From Promethearchaeota archaeon (GTDB lineage: Archaea; Asgardarchaeota; Lokiarchaeia; Sigyniarchaeales; SOKP01): 28,164 bases of DNA. Made by a program: the position numbers and the translations under genes. The stretch spans positions 1 to 28,164 of the forward strand of contig JAHLWH010000157.1 in assembly GCA_019058015.1 (NCBI GenBank), written 5' to 3'. Positions within the stretch are counted from its first letter, which is position 1; each line of letters starts with the position of its first letter. Under the pieces are notes generated by a model that saw nothing but the letters and a program-made list of their open reading frames with translations, had not been told where the DNA came from and made no database searches. Shown here piece by piece: positions 1-10,011 of this stretch.

Positions 1-770
1 GCTAAAGCTCTAATTTGTGGGATGGGTGGCGTAGTTGGTGTCTGATGAACTTCATTCTTTTTAAGCAAGCCAAGAAAATCGAAATACAGACCTCTATTTT
101 TCACTTGAGATGCTTTATTGATTGCAGCTTCTGATATCGAACACACTGCCAACCCTGGTGCAATACTAAAGCACTTTTGAACGGAAGCCAAACAAACATC
201 AATTCCTAATTTGTCAACCTCGACTTTTACACCCGCCATCGATGAGGTTGCATCCACACACACTAAAGTACCATAATCTTTAATAACTGGAATTACTTCA
301 TCAATTGGGTTATAAACTCCAGTTGATGTTTCATTTGATTGAATAAAGACAACAGAATATTTATCTTTGTTTAGAGCTTCTTGAGCGAATTCTGGCGTTA
401 TGGCTTTACCCCATTCAACACCTTCTTTCACTGAATTTTTACCATTACTAACTCCAATCTGATACCAACGATCTCCGAACGCTCCAATTGAAAAAAACAA
501 TGCTTTTTCATCATCTTTAACTAAATTCCTTACACAAGCCTCCATAATACCGGTCGCGCTAGATGTAAATATAAGGCACTTATTAGAAGTATATAAAACT
601 TTTTTTAGTCCTTCTTCAACAAGTTGGTGCATTTCTGAATATGGTTTAGATCTGTGTGTATCATTAGGCTTTGCCATTTCTTTTAATATTCTCTCTTGAA
701 CATACACATGCCCAGGTGTGAATAATTTTAATTGAGAACCCCTTTCTTTATTAAAATGAATTTTAGACAT
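1..770 (-). CDS. Class V PLP-dependent aminotransferase (alanine-glyoxylate/serine-pyruvate aminotransferase family), 3' end runs off the window
   Basis: Not in the ORF track. Manual translation from ATG at 770 gives MSKIHFNKERGSQLKLFTPGHVYV...THRS...SNETSTGVYN...VDATSS...ASVQKCFSIAPGLA, the class V signature with the PLP-binding Lys in SxQK. Confidence 0.9.
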   Translation of the reverse strand, partial: MSKIHFNKERGSQLKLFTPGHVYVQERILKEMAKPNDTHRSKPYSEMHQLVEEGLKKVLYTSNKCLIFTSSATGIMEACVRNLVKDDEKALFFSIGAFGDRWYQIGVSNGKNSVKEGVEWGKAITPEFAQEALNKDKYSVVFIQSNETSTGVYNPIDEVIPVIKDYGTLVCVDATSSMAGVKVEVDKLGIDVCLASVQKCFSIAPGLAVCSISEAAINKASQVKNRGLYFDFLGLLKKNEVHQTPTTPPIPQIRAL

Positions 771-928
771 AGTTTAATCAACATACATAGTTTATTGAAA
801 ATTTTTATTTTAATTTATAAAATAATAGTGTAAACTTTGATATTATTTTTTATATTTTTAATTGACCTTGAATAATAATTGTTTCCTTAATAAATAATAA
901 TTAAAAATTAAATCTATTTTTATAAAAT

Positions 929-2119
929 ATGAAGTATGCTGAAAGAATGGATCGACTTGGATCGGAAACTGCGTTCGAAGTACTCCGACAAATTCAATCT
1001 TTCCCAAAAGAAAGACAGGAGAATATTATTTCATTTGCAATAGGAGAACCAGATTTTAATACTCCTGAACATATTAAAGAAGCGGGAATTAATGCAATAA
1101 AAGAAGATTATACACATTATACACCTTCAGAAGGAATTCCAGAGCTCAGAAAAGCAATTGCTGATTATGTCTCTGAAGAAAGAAATATTTCAGTAGGACC
1201 AGAGAATATTGTGGTTTATCCGGCTGCGAAAATAATTTTGAGCTTTGCAATCCTTACATGTACTAATCCCGGAGATGAAGTCATTTACCCCAATCCTGGA
1301 TATCCAATATATGAGAGTTTAATTAATGTATTTGGTTGTAAACCTATTCCTGCCCAGTTATGGGAGTATGCTGATTTTAATCATAATACTGATGAGCTAA
1401 GAGAGCTCATAACCGATAAGACAAAATTGATTATAACAAATAGCCCTCAAAATCCTACAGGTTCGATTTTAAATAAAAATAACCTTGAAGCGATTTCTGA
1501 AATTGCCTTAGAGAATGATATCTGGATTTTATCAGACGAGATTTATTCGAATATGGTTTATGATAATATAAAATATTATAGTATAGCAGCTGCTCCCGAT
1601 ATGCAGCAAAGAACAATTATTTTGGACGGTTTTTCCAAATTCTTCGCTATGACAGGATGGAGACTTGGGTATAGCATAACGAACCCAAAAATTGCTGAAT
1701 ATTTTGCTAGGTGGTCAACAAATATTGTCTCATGTCCTGCATCATTCACTCAGATGGCAGGATTAACCGCAATGTTAGAAGATAAGGCTCCATCCTTAGA
1801 GATGGTAAGAGAATTTGAGAAACGCCGAAATTTAATTTGTGAAAAACTTAATTCTATTGAAGGAATTTCAGTTCGAACACCAAAGGGAGCATTTTATGTG
1901 TTTGCAAACGTAACAGAAGCATGTAGGAAATTGAGATTAAGGGATTCTCTAGAATTCCAGGAATTTTTATTGGAAAAAGGGGATGTGGCAGTATTATCTA
2001 GAGATTATTTTGGAACTCGAGCTCCTGAAGAAAATCAGGAATATGTAAGATTTTCTTATTGTGTTTCTCAAGAAGATATTATTAGAGGGATAGATCGAAT
2101 AAAATCAGCTATTGAATAA
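929..2119 (+). CDS. Class I/II PLP-dependent aminotransferase (aspartate aminotransferase-like)
   Basis: Motifs IGEPDF, NSPQNPTG, SDEIY, GFSKFFAMTGWRLGY, GAFY and RFSY. Confidence 0.93.
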   Translation: MKYAERMDRLGSETAFEVLRQIQSFPKERQENIISFAIGEPDFNTPEHIKEAGINAIKEDYTHYTPSEGIPELRKAIADYVSEERNISVGPENIVVYPAAKIILSFAILTCTNPGDEVIYPNPGYPIYESLINVFGCKPIPAQLWEYADFNHNTDELRELITDKTKLIITNSPQNPTGSILNKNNLEAISEIALENDIWILSDEIYSNMVYDNIKYYSIAAAPDMQQRTIILDGFSKFFAMTGWRLGYSITNPKIAEYFARWSTNIVSCPASFTQMAGLTAMLEDKAPSLEMVREFEKRRNLICEKLNSIEGISVRTPKGAFYVFANVTEACRKLRLRDSLEFQEFLLEKGDVAVLSRDYFGTRAPEENQEYVRFSYCVSQEDIIRGIDRIKSAIE

Positions 2120-2296
2120 ATTTCGGTTTTAAGATTTCACGATAACAAAAAGAAAAACCAGATTTAACTTATGTAGATTTTTATCTAATCTCAATTTTAG
2201 CTAAATTAAAAAATATTTTATATTAAAACAATGAATAATTATTTACAATATTCTACAAAAATAATTATAAAAAAATCAATAAATGAGTGTTAAAAA

Positions 2297-3310
2297 ATGA
2301 GTATTGATATATCTGATGGAATTGATGAGGGAAATCTAAGAATAAAAGTTCTAAGTACTAATTCTACGATTTTTTCATTATTAACTGATGATAAATTTAA
2401 TGGTAAAGTTATTCAGCCAGAAATGAATGCTTTTAAGTTATTAGCCGAACATGGATTAGCACTGAGTGTTGAAGTGTTAGATGGAGATATAACTCATCTT
2501 TTTTTATATGATACAGGAGGTCCAATGAGTACAATAATTAAAAATAGCCAACAATTAAAAATAAACTTAAATGAGGTAGGAAAATTAGTTCTAAGTCATG
2601 GACATGGTGATCATTATGGTGGATTAATGAAAGTTATCCCAGAACTTAAGGAAGGAACTGAGCTTTATCTAAGTTCAAACTCTTATAACAAAAATCTAAT
2701 GATTGTTTTTAAACCAGGTATAGAAATTCCCACCAAGGAATTAGGACCCTCTTTACGAACGTTGAAGAAGGAAGGAAAAATCAGATTCTCCTCAATCTCA
2801 CCTGCATTAAATAAAACATTAATTACAAATCTTGCAAATCAATATAAAATAAAAATCATTGAGACAAATAAACCAGAAAAACTTTATAAAGGTATCATAA
2901 CGAGTGGAGAAATTGAATTATTTGACAAAAATGAAGTTTCTCTAGGATTTTATGTTGCCAAAAGCAAGAAGGAGTTAGAAAAAAGTTACTTTAGAGATGA
3001 AACTGCTATTTTTGTTAATGTAAAAAATAAGGGTTTAGTCGTTCTTACGGGTTGCGGTCACTGTGGAATTATTAACACAATAAAATATGGGCAAAAATTA
3101 ACTGGTATTAATAAGATATATGCCGTAATCGGGGGATTTCATGAAGAATGGAATCCTGATGAGGTTGTAGATAAAAAAGTTAAATATCTTGAAGAAATAA
3201 ATCCTGAAATAATATGCGGAATGCATTGTACTGGCTTATATTTTAATGGTGAAATGTCAAAACATAATGCACACACACTTGGTGTTGTAGGAACTGAATT
3301 TCATTTATAA
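2297..3310 (+). CDS. MBL-fold metallo-hydrolase (COG1237-like)
   Basis: Motifs AEHGL, YDTG, SHGHGDHYGGL, TGCGHCG, IGGFH and MHCTG. Confidence 0.88.
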   Translation: MSIDISDGIDEGNLRIKVLSTNSTIFSLLTDDKFNGKVIQPEMNAFKLLAEHGLALSVEVLDGDITHLFLYDTGGPMSTIIKNSQQLKINLNEVGKLVLSHGHGDHYGGLMKVIPELKEGTELYLSSNSYNKNLMIVFKPGIEIPTKELGPSLRTLKKEGKIRFSSISPALNKTLITNLANQYKIKIIETNKPEKLYKGIITSGEIELFDKNEVSLGFYVAKSKKELEKSYFRDETAIFVNVKNKGLVVLTGCGHCGIINTIKYGQKLTGINKIYAVIGGFHEEWNPDEVVDKKVKYLEEINPEIICGMHCTGLYFNGEMSKHNAHTLGVVGTEFHL

Positions 3311-3374
3311 TTAACTTTTTATTTATTTATTTAGTTGAATATGATTTATAAATTAGAAATAATTGAATTAATAC

Positions 3375-3845
3375 ATGGATATTCCAGAAAAATGCCCTGG
3401 AAAAGAAGATAAAATTTATACGATAATAAATCTCATTCGACTTGCTATATCTTGCGTGATTTTATATTTTCTTCACTGGGGTTTTACAATTGGATTTTTA
3501 ATTTATTGGATAGTGTGTATTTTTATATTTTTTGATAGATATTTGTGTAATCGATGCATCTATAGATTAGGTAAAGAAGTTGAATCAATACAAGAATATA
3601 ATGAAAAATATGGTACTGAATTTAAACACCGGTTAATGGTTTCCTTTCCATTTTTATTAATTGATTGGTTTTTCGCGATTGGTATTGGAATATACATCAT
3701 CATAGTCGATATTTCATTAATTCTAATCATTTTGCCCTTGATAATAATTCAATTCATATTAACAATGTATAACTTAATTTCAACACCAAAAAAACACTGC
3801 CCTGAATGTTTATTCCGGGAATACTGCCCAGTATCGAAAAAATAA
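3375..3845 (+). CDS. Hypothetical ~4-TM membrane protein with CxxC motifs
   Basis: Two hydrophobic hairpins, followed by LCNRC and HCPECLFREYCP. Confidence 0.7.
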   Translation: MDIPEKCPGKEDKIYTIINLIRLAISCVILYFLHWGFTIGFLIYWIVCIFIFFDRYLCNRCIYRLGKEVESIQEYNEKYGTEFKHRLMVSFPFLLIDWFFAIGIGIYIIIVDISLILIILPLIIIQFILTMYNLISTPKKHCPECLFREYCPVSKK

Positions 3846-3876
3846 CACAATAGGAATTCTTATATTAAGATAGAAA

Positions 3877-4164
3877 TTATAAATTTATCTCAATTAATTC
3901 AAAAAGAGAAACCTCATTAACTGTCTTTTTTTCTATCAATTTTTTTAGTTTATTATTTCTTATAAACTGAAAACCACTTTCTTGAGCATTTATTATTGCA
4001 AATATTAGCCGTTTTGCTGTAGGTAAACTAATAGCATCACTACACTTCACTCTTAACATTTTTCTTATGTCTGTAATCGTATAAAGCGTGTTTAATTCTA
4101 ATTTATGAAATATATCAACCATTCTTTCAATCCAATTTCTCTTAACTTTGTTCTCTTCTGGCAT
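3877..4164 (-). CDS. Small hypothetical protein, possible winged-helix DNA-binding protein
   Basis: 95-aa basic ORF; YTITDIRKML...ISLPTAKRLI resembles a wHTH. Divergent from the 4388 gene. Confidence 0.5.
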   Translation of the reverse strand: MPEENKVKRNWIERMVDIFHKLELNTLYTITDIRKMLRVKCSDAISLPTAKRLIFAIINAQESGFQFIRNNKLKKLIEKKTVNEVSLFELIEINL

Positions 4165-4219
4165 AATAAAAAGAAGTTTTTAATTATTCTTTATAAAAAT
4201 ATATAGAATAAATACTATA

Positions 4220-4288
4220 AAAAAGTTACTAAACAAGATCTCTTCTTTAGTTTATAAGACTTTTTCTCTAGTTGAGGTGACTTTTTCT
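4220..4288. promoter_or_regulatory. Candidate operator region between divergent genes
   Basis: Imperfect palindrome ACTAAACAAGA-TC-TCTTCTTTAGT at 4228-4251. Direct repeat GACTTTTTCT at 4258-4267 and 4279-4288 (21-bp period), with a partial inverted copy AAAAAGT at 4220-4226. Confidence 0.35.
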
Positions 4289-4387
4289 AGGGTATAGTAA
4301 AGTTTAAATATAGGTTTGTCCACTTAACTTAATGACTATTAACTTTTAATACTATAAAAAAATATTAAAAAAAATAAGATTATTATA

Positions 4388-6580
4388 ATGGAACAGGAAA
4401 AACCAATATTAAAACCTATAAAACCTCCAATCAAACCTATAGTTGTTAAAGAACCGGCTAAAGTTAAGAAAATAAAAGAGAAGACAATAAAGATGACGTT
4501 AGAAAAAAATATTAAAAGTCTTGTCCATTTTATGGCATTTCCAGGGCCTCGATTAGGTAGGAGCACAATTTATGGTGAAGCTCCTGAAAAGTATATGCTA
4601 GATTCCATAAATTGGATCGGAAAACACGGCTTTTTTAAAGGAATTGAGATCACTCTTATAAAAGATCACGAGATCCGACAAAAAGTTATTAATTTATTAA
4701 AAAAATACAAGTTTTACATTACATTTTGCGCTCAACCAATTCAACTAATTAATGAAGATAATTTAATTGCACAAACAGATATCAGTTCAATTGATGAGTT
4801 AGAAAGAACTAACGCAGTCAATCGTCTTAAACATTACATAATTGAAGCCTATGAATTTGGAGCAATTAATTTCTGTTTTTTAAGCGGTAAGGATCCAGGG
4901 ACTGAGAATGGATTACGTTTAAGACGGCAGGCAACACAATCTTTAATTCGTTCAATTCATGAAATTTGTGTTTATAATAAAAGTATTGCTAAAAAATTGA
5001 ATAAAAGGCCTATGAAAATCACATTGGAAACCTTTGACAGGCTTTCAGATAAAAATTGTAAAAACCAATTGATTGGGCCTTCTGATGAAGCAAGAGAACT
5101 TGCTGAAATAGTTAGAAACAATTATGGTCATGATATTTTCGGTATCTTATATGATTTAAGTCATATGTTTTTATTAAGGAATGGATTTGATCATGAAGAA
5201 GCAAATGTATTGCGTTCGCTTGCTCCATATTTAAATTTTATTCATATTGCAAATACAATTATTGATAAAGAGCATCCTCAATATGGCGACGCTCATGTGG
5301 GGATGGACCATCCAGATGGAGCTGTAACTTCTGAAATACTAGCAAATTTTGTAAAAACATTAAATGAGATTAATTATAAAAATCCAATTGGTTTTGAGTT
5401 TATACCACAAGGAAGACAATTAAGTGAATCGGTTGTTAATATTGCAGTTGCATCGTATAAGGAAGCAGCTGAACAGATTGATGTTAATTATGCATTAGGG
5501 GCATATAGATTTAAGACACGTAGATTTCTTCCTGAAAAGATTTTCTATATGATTACAGATTATAGACTAAACAGCTATGAGATTATTCGACAGGAAATGA
5601 AAAATCGGCAGAGAAGAGAAAGACCTTGGGGAGATAATTTGATTATTATAGCTGCAGATCATCCAGCGAGAAGAGTTACTCGAGTGGGAGAAAATGATTT
5701 AGCGATGGGAGATAGACAACAGTATTTAGGTAGAATTTTAAGAGTTCTGATTCATGACCGAGTTGATGGTGTAATGACTACCCCAGATATTATGGATGAT
5801 TTATTTTTGATTAATTACTTCTATAAAGAAAATGGTGGGGAATCATTTTTGGATAATAAAATATTGTTGGGATGCACTAATAGAGGTGGATTGTCCGGGT
5901 CTTCTTACGAAATGGATGATTTATTAACAGCGTATACAGTAGAAGATATTATAAATTGCAATTTAGATGGCGCAAAAATGATGTTCAGAATTGATTTAGA
6001 AACACGTCAAGCAAGATATAGTCAAAGGACAATTGAAATATGCTCGAAAATCATTAGAGCATGTAATAAAAACAATATTCCTGCATTTGTTGAGCCATTA
6101 CCGGTGTATAGAGAAAAAGATGGAACTTATGTTGTTCAATATAATGCCGATGATATAATTAAGGCTATTGGGATTGCAACGGCGTTAGGTGGTTCTTCAA
6201 GTAATATTTGGTTAAAAATTCCATATGTTGCAAATTTTGAGCAAGTTGTAAGGAGTACAAGCAATCCTATTTTAATGCTAGGAGGAGAAAGCACAGGCAA
6301 TCCAACTGATATCTTGGAAAATTTTGAAAGAGGCTTAGGTGCTGGTCCAAATGTAAAAGGATGTTTAGTGGGTAGGAATTTATTATATCCTGGATTCGAC
6401 GATCCATACGCTTCTGCAGTTGCTGTATCACGAATACTTCATGATTATGATAATACAGAAAAGGCGGTAAAAGAATTAGCGAAAAATCGAGCAAAACGTA
6501 TGGATTTTTTCACATCAATAATATTGGGAATTCATACAGAAGCTGAGAAGGAGTTTAGTTATCCTTCGGAATTAACTTAA
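4388..6580 (+). CDS. Fusion: sugar-phosphate isomerase/epimerase TIM barrel + class I aldolase (Cgl0159-like)
   Basis: N-terminal half has xylose-isomerase-like metal ligands (LETFD, YDLSH, IHIAN, DAH, GFEF). C-terminal half has IIAADHPAR, NRGGLSG, DGAKMM, FVEPLP, WLKIP and GCLVGRNLLYP. Confidence 0.8.
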   Translation: MEQEKPILKPIKPPIKPIVVKEPAKVKKIKEKTIKMTLEKNIKSLVHFMAFPGPRLGRSTIYGEAPEKYMLDSINWIGKHGFFKGIEITLIKDHEIRQKVINLLKKYKFYITFCAQPIQLINEDNLIAQTDISSIDELERTNAVNRLKHYIIEAYEFGAINFCFLSGKDPGTENGLRLRRQATQSLIRSIHEICVYNKSIAKKLNKRPMKITLETFDRLSDKNCKNQLIGPSDEARELAEIVRNNYGHDIFGILYDLSHMFLLRNGFDHEEANVLRSLAPYLNFIHIANTIIDKEHPQYGDAHVGMDHPDGAVTSEILANFVKTLNEINYKNPIGFEFIPQGRQLSESVVNIAVASYKEAAEQIDVNYALGAYRFKTRRFLPEKIFYMITDYRLNSYEIIRQEMKNRQRRERPWGDNLIIIAADHPARRVTRVGENDLAMGDRQQYLGRILRVLIHDRVDGVMTTPDIMDDLFLINYFYKENGGESFLDNKILLGCTNRGGLSGSSYEMDDLLTAYTVEDIINCNLDGAKMMFRIDLETRQARYSQRTIEICSKIIRACNKNNIPAFVEPLPVYREKDGTYVVQYNADDIIKAIGIATALGGSSSNIWLKIPYVANFEQVVRSTSNPILMLGGESTGNPTDILENFERGLGAGPNVKGCLVGRNLLYPGFDDPYASAVAVSRILHDYDNTEKAVKELAKNRAKRMDFFTSIILGIHTEAEKEFSYPSELT

Positions 6581-6674
6581 AATTTTTTTAATTCCTTAAA
6601 AACATTTGAAATATCTTTTTTTATTATTTAAAAGGTAAAATTATTTTAATTTGATTAATTTTTAATTAAATAAT

Positions 6675-7385
6675 ATGAGAAAGGAAAAATTCCTCAATAC
6701 TTTTAAATTACCTTCTACAAGAAATCCAGATATAAAGATTATTGACCCGATGGAAAAATTGCAAAAGAAATCTGTGGAACAAAATATTATAAAAACTGGA
6801 ACAACAACTGTTGGATTGATTTGTAAAGATGCAGTTATATTAGGAACTGATAGACGTGCAAGTATGGCATATTATATTGCATCTAAAACTGCTAAAAAGC
6901 TTCATAAAATTCAAGATCACCTTTTTATGACTATTGCGGGAAGTGTAGCTGATGCTCAATACATTGTTGACATTATAAAAGCTGAAACAACAATATTTCA
7001 ATTAGAAAAGGAAAGACCAATTCAGGTTAAAAGTGCTGCCAGAATTCTTTCAAACATATTATATCAAAAAAAAATGTCTCCATATGAAGTTGGATTAATT
7101 TTAGCCGGAATAACTGAGGAAGAAGGACCTATTTTGATGGATATTGGTTCATATGGTTCAATTTTACCTGATGATTATATTGCTGTTGGTTCAGGAACTC
7201 CATTTGCAATTGGGGTCTTAGAAGCAAACTATAAAAAAAATTTACCCCCTGAAGAAGGCAAGAAAATTTGTGTTGATGCGGTAAAATCCTCTATAATTAG
7301 AGACATGGCATCAGGAAATGGGATCGATATTGCAATTATTCGAAAAGATGGAGCAAGTTCGGAAGAATTTATTCCAATTAGTTAA
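6675..7385 (+). CDS. psmB: 20S proteasome beta subunit
   Basis: Propeptide followed by KTG|TTTVG (catalytic Thr1), DRRAS, AGSVADAQ, GSG and RDMASG. Confidence 0.96.
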   Translation: MRKEKFLNTFKLPSTRNPDIKIIDPMEKLQKKSVEQNIIKTGTTTVGLICKDAVILGTDRRASMAYYIASKTAKKLHKIQDHLFMTIAGSVADAQYIVDIIKAETTIFQLEKERPIQVKSAARILSNILYQKKMSPYEVGLILAGITEEEGPILMDIGSYGSILPDDYIAVGSGTPFAIGVLEANYKKNLPPEEGKKICVDAVKSSIIRDMASGNGIDIAIIRKDGASSEEFIPIS

Positions 7386-7816
7386 TTGATTTTTTTCACT
7401 CTTTTTATTACTAAATTTAATTTTCCGGCTTTCTTTTACTATTTTAATTCAAAATTTGATAAATCTACTTATATCATTTCTTAGATAATTTCCCTATTTT
7501 TCTTTATTTTTTTCTTATTCTTTTTTATAAAGAATGATTTTTTATTATATTTTAAAAATAAATAAATAAATGGAGAAATTTAAATATAGAAACTTTTATT
7601 TTAAATTTAATTAAGACTAAAATGTTTTTAAGGGATAAATGGGCGGGTATTTTAATAAAATTTAAAAATATGAATGCCTAATAAAATTTGATTTAATAAA
7701 ATTTTTATAATATTTATATAATTACAATTAAAATAAACATTCAATAAATACATTGAAAAATTAAAAAAAATACATTTTTTCATTGAGAGAAACATATTAA
7801 GCGAAGGAGAATTACA

Positions 7817-8626
7817 GTGGTTTATAGAATATTAATGGATCTTTCTCATAATGAACAAGTAGAAAACTTCCCTGACGCTTTTAATGAAGATGATTTTATC
7901 ATTGAGTTTATAAATAAGAATGAGGGACCGCTAACTTATGATATGTTAGAGGATTTTGATGTCTTAATTTTAGGGAATATTATACACAATAAGGATAATA
8001 AAGACGATAAATTTACTCCTGAAGAATTAAAAGCCTTAAAAGAATTTGTTGGAAAGGGAGGAGGTTTATTAGTAACGACCGGAGCTGGAGGAGATCGAGA
8101 GATATCAATCAAACAGGGATCTATTAGAGTTCTTTATAAACTAACCGGTGTGAAAAAATTCTGGAATGGAGTGATACTATATCCTAAAAGAAATTCCATT
8201 ATTGATAATGTCAATTTAAAAATTGATACTATATTCCAACATCCCATTACGGACGGTATTAATCAATTAATATTAGGAAATTGTACATTCTTTTCCATTA
8301 CGGAAGATGCTGAAGATATAATAACAACATTTGAAAAAGCATCATTTGAGTATTTTGGTTTAAAAGAAATTGATGAGATTGGACAAGTTCCCATCTGTGT
8401 TATTTCTGAATTTTATAATGGACGCGTGGTAACTTTAGGATCATCATCAATTTTCTTCGAAGATAACGAAATCGGAATAGATATAGAGGATAATCGTAAA
8501 TTCCTGGACAATATCATTAGATGGCTCTGTTTTGACAAAGAAGAAAGAATTGTCGAAGAAGAGGAGGAGGTAAAAAAGGAAGAAGAGGAGGAAGAAGAGG
8601 ATTTTGAAGAAGATTCTTTTTTTTAA
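7817..8626 (+). CDS. GIFT (GldG/IFT52 N-terminal)-like domain protein with acidic C-terminal tail
   Basis: GTG start after AAGGAG. Motifs ILMDLSHNE, KFTPEELKALKEFVGKGGGLLV and GRVVTLGSSSIF...DNRKFLDNIIRWL. No signal peptide or TM segment. Ends in poly-Glu then DFEEDSFF. Confidence 0.7.
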   Translation: MVYRILMDLSHNEQVENFPDAFNEDDFIIEFINKNEGPLTYDMLEDFDVLILGNIIHNKDNKDDKFTPEELKALKEFVGKGGGLLVTTGAGGDREISIKQGSIRVLYKLTGVKKFWNGVILYPKRNSIIDNVNLKIDTIFQHPITDGINQLILGNCTFFSITEDAEDIITTFEKASFEYFGLKEIDEIGQVPICVISEFYNGRVVTLGSSSIFFEDNEIGIDIEDNRKFLDNIIRWLCFDKEERIVEEEEEVKKEEEEEEEDFEEDSFF

Positions 8627-8708
8627 AAAATTAAATTAATTTTAAGACTATCTTATTATTTTTACAAAGAAATATTGATACTTAACAAAATTATAGTTTA
8701 TTTTAAAA

Positions 8709-9821
8709 ATGATATTTAAATTTAGACGCCCTGACGCCGATATTGCTTGGAAAAATCTAGAGATACTTAAAAGATTGTCAAGATACCACGGAATTATTGA
8801 GAATAGGGAAATTGCAAGATATATTTTAGCAAAAACTGTCGAGTGCGATTTTAATTCCAATGATTCAATAGAAAATCTCGAAAAACTATTAAAACAAAAA
8901 TCTAAAGAATTTAATAAAATTTTAAGTGAAGATATTAATTCACAAAAGAAACGCAAAATTCAGGAAAAATCTTATTTAAACTTATCTGAAACGATTGCTT
9001 ATAAATATCTTGAAAATTGTAAATTTTGTGAGAGAAGATGCGGTGTTAATAGAATTCAAGGCGAAAAAGGATTTTGTCACCTAGATAAGGATATTTACGT
9101 TTCTTCTGCTTTTTTACATTGGGGAGAAGAATCGGTATTAGTGCCGAGTGGAACTATATTTTTTATTGGATGCAATTTTGGATGCGTTTTTTGCCAGAAT
9201 TATGATATATCTAACGCATGGAAAGGTCGAAGAAAAATTGAAGATATTGCCCAAAAAGTTGATGCGAAAAAATTAGCTGCAATTGCACAAAAATTGGTGG
9301 AGAATGGGGGAATTAATGTAAATTGGGTTGGAAGCGACCCTATCCCGTGCCTACATCTCATTCTTGGTTCACTGCTATATCAAAATATAAACATTACGCA
9401 ATTATGGAATTCTAATTTTTATTTAACGGAAGAATCTTTGGATTTAATCATAGATTTTATGGATTTTTGGCTACCTGATTTAAAATATGGAAATGAAACT
9501 TGTGCAGAAAAATACTCTGGAATAAAAAATTATTGGGAGGTTTTAACAAGGAATCTTAAAAAAATTCATGACGATGGCAGCGGAGAGATTATAATACGTC
9601 ATTTGGTTATGCCTAACCATATTGATTGTTGTTCCAAACCAATTTTAGATTTTATTGCGAAAAAAGTCCCAAAATCAGTTGTGAATATTATGGGGCAGTT
9701 TAGACCAGAGTACAAATCTAATCAATATCCTGAAATCAATCGAAGACCAACTTCAAGCGAAATGCAAGAAGTTAAATGGTATGCAGATAAGTTAAATATT
9801 CTTTATAAGCCAGTATCCTAA
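8709..9821 (+). CDS. Radical SAM protein, PflX-like family
   Basis: CKFCERRCGVNR...GFC N-terminal Cys cluster, HWGEE...PSGTIFF, CNFGCVFCQN and IIRHLVMPNH. Confidence 0.9.
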   Translation: MIFKFRRPDADIAWKNLEILKRLSRYHGIIENREIARYILAKTVECDFNSNDSIENLEKLLKQKSKEFNKILSEDINSQKKRKIQEKSYLNLSETIAYKYLENCKFCERRCGVNRIQGEKGFCHLDKDIYVSSAFLHWGEESVLVPSGTIFFIGCNFGCVFCQNYDISNAWKGRRKIEDIAQKVDAKKLAAIAQKLVENGGINVNWVGSDPIPCLHLILGSLLYQNINITQLWNSNFYLTEESLDLIIDFMDFWLPDLKYGNETCAEKYSGIKNYWEVLTRNLKKIHDDGSGEIIIRHLVMPNHIDCCSKPILDFIAKKVPKSVVNIMGQFRPEYKSNQYPEINRRPTSSEMQEVKWYADKLNILYKPVS

Positions 9822-10011
9822 GTTTTAATTAAAGAAAATTTAAAATTTTTAAAAATATTTATCAAAAAAGTTTAATCTATAATCTCTTTAAGGATAAATA
9901 TAACTTAAACCCAAAATTTAAAAAATAAAAGAATATTTTACTTAATAACACGTATTTATTTCTTTAAACATAGAATATATTTAAGGCATATGTTAATTTG
10001 GAGAGATTCCT

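Noticed and set aside
7386-7816. 430-bp AT-rich gap as a replication origin or ncRNA
   Set aside because: No ORB-like motifs, no adjacent orc1/cdc6 and no GC-rich structure. The TAATAAAATTT repeats are expected at this composition.
8600-8626. C-terminal SFF as a proteasome-gating HbYX motif
   Set aside because: It does not fit hydrophobic-Tyr-X, and adjacency to psmB alone is not sufficient evidence.
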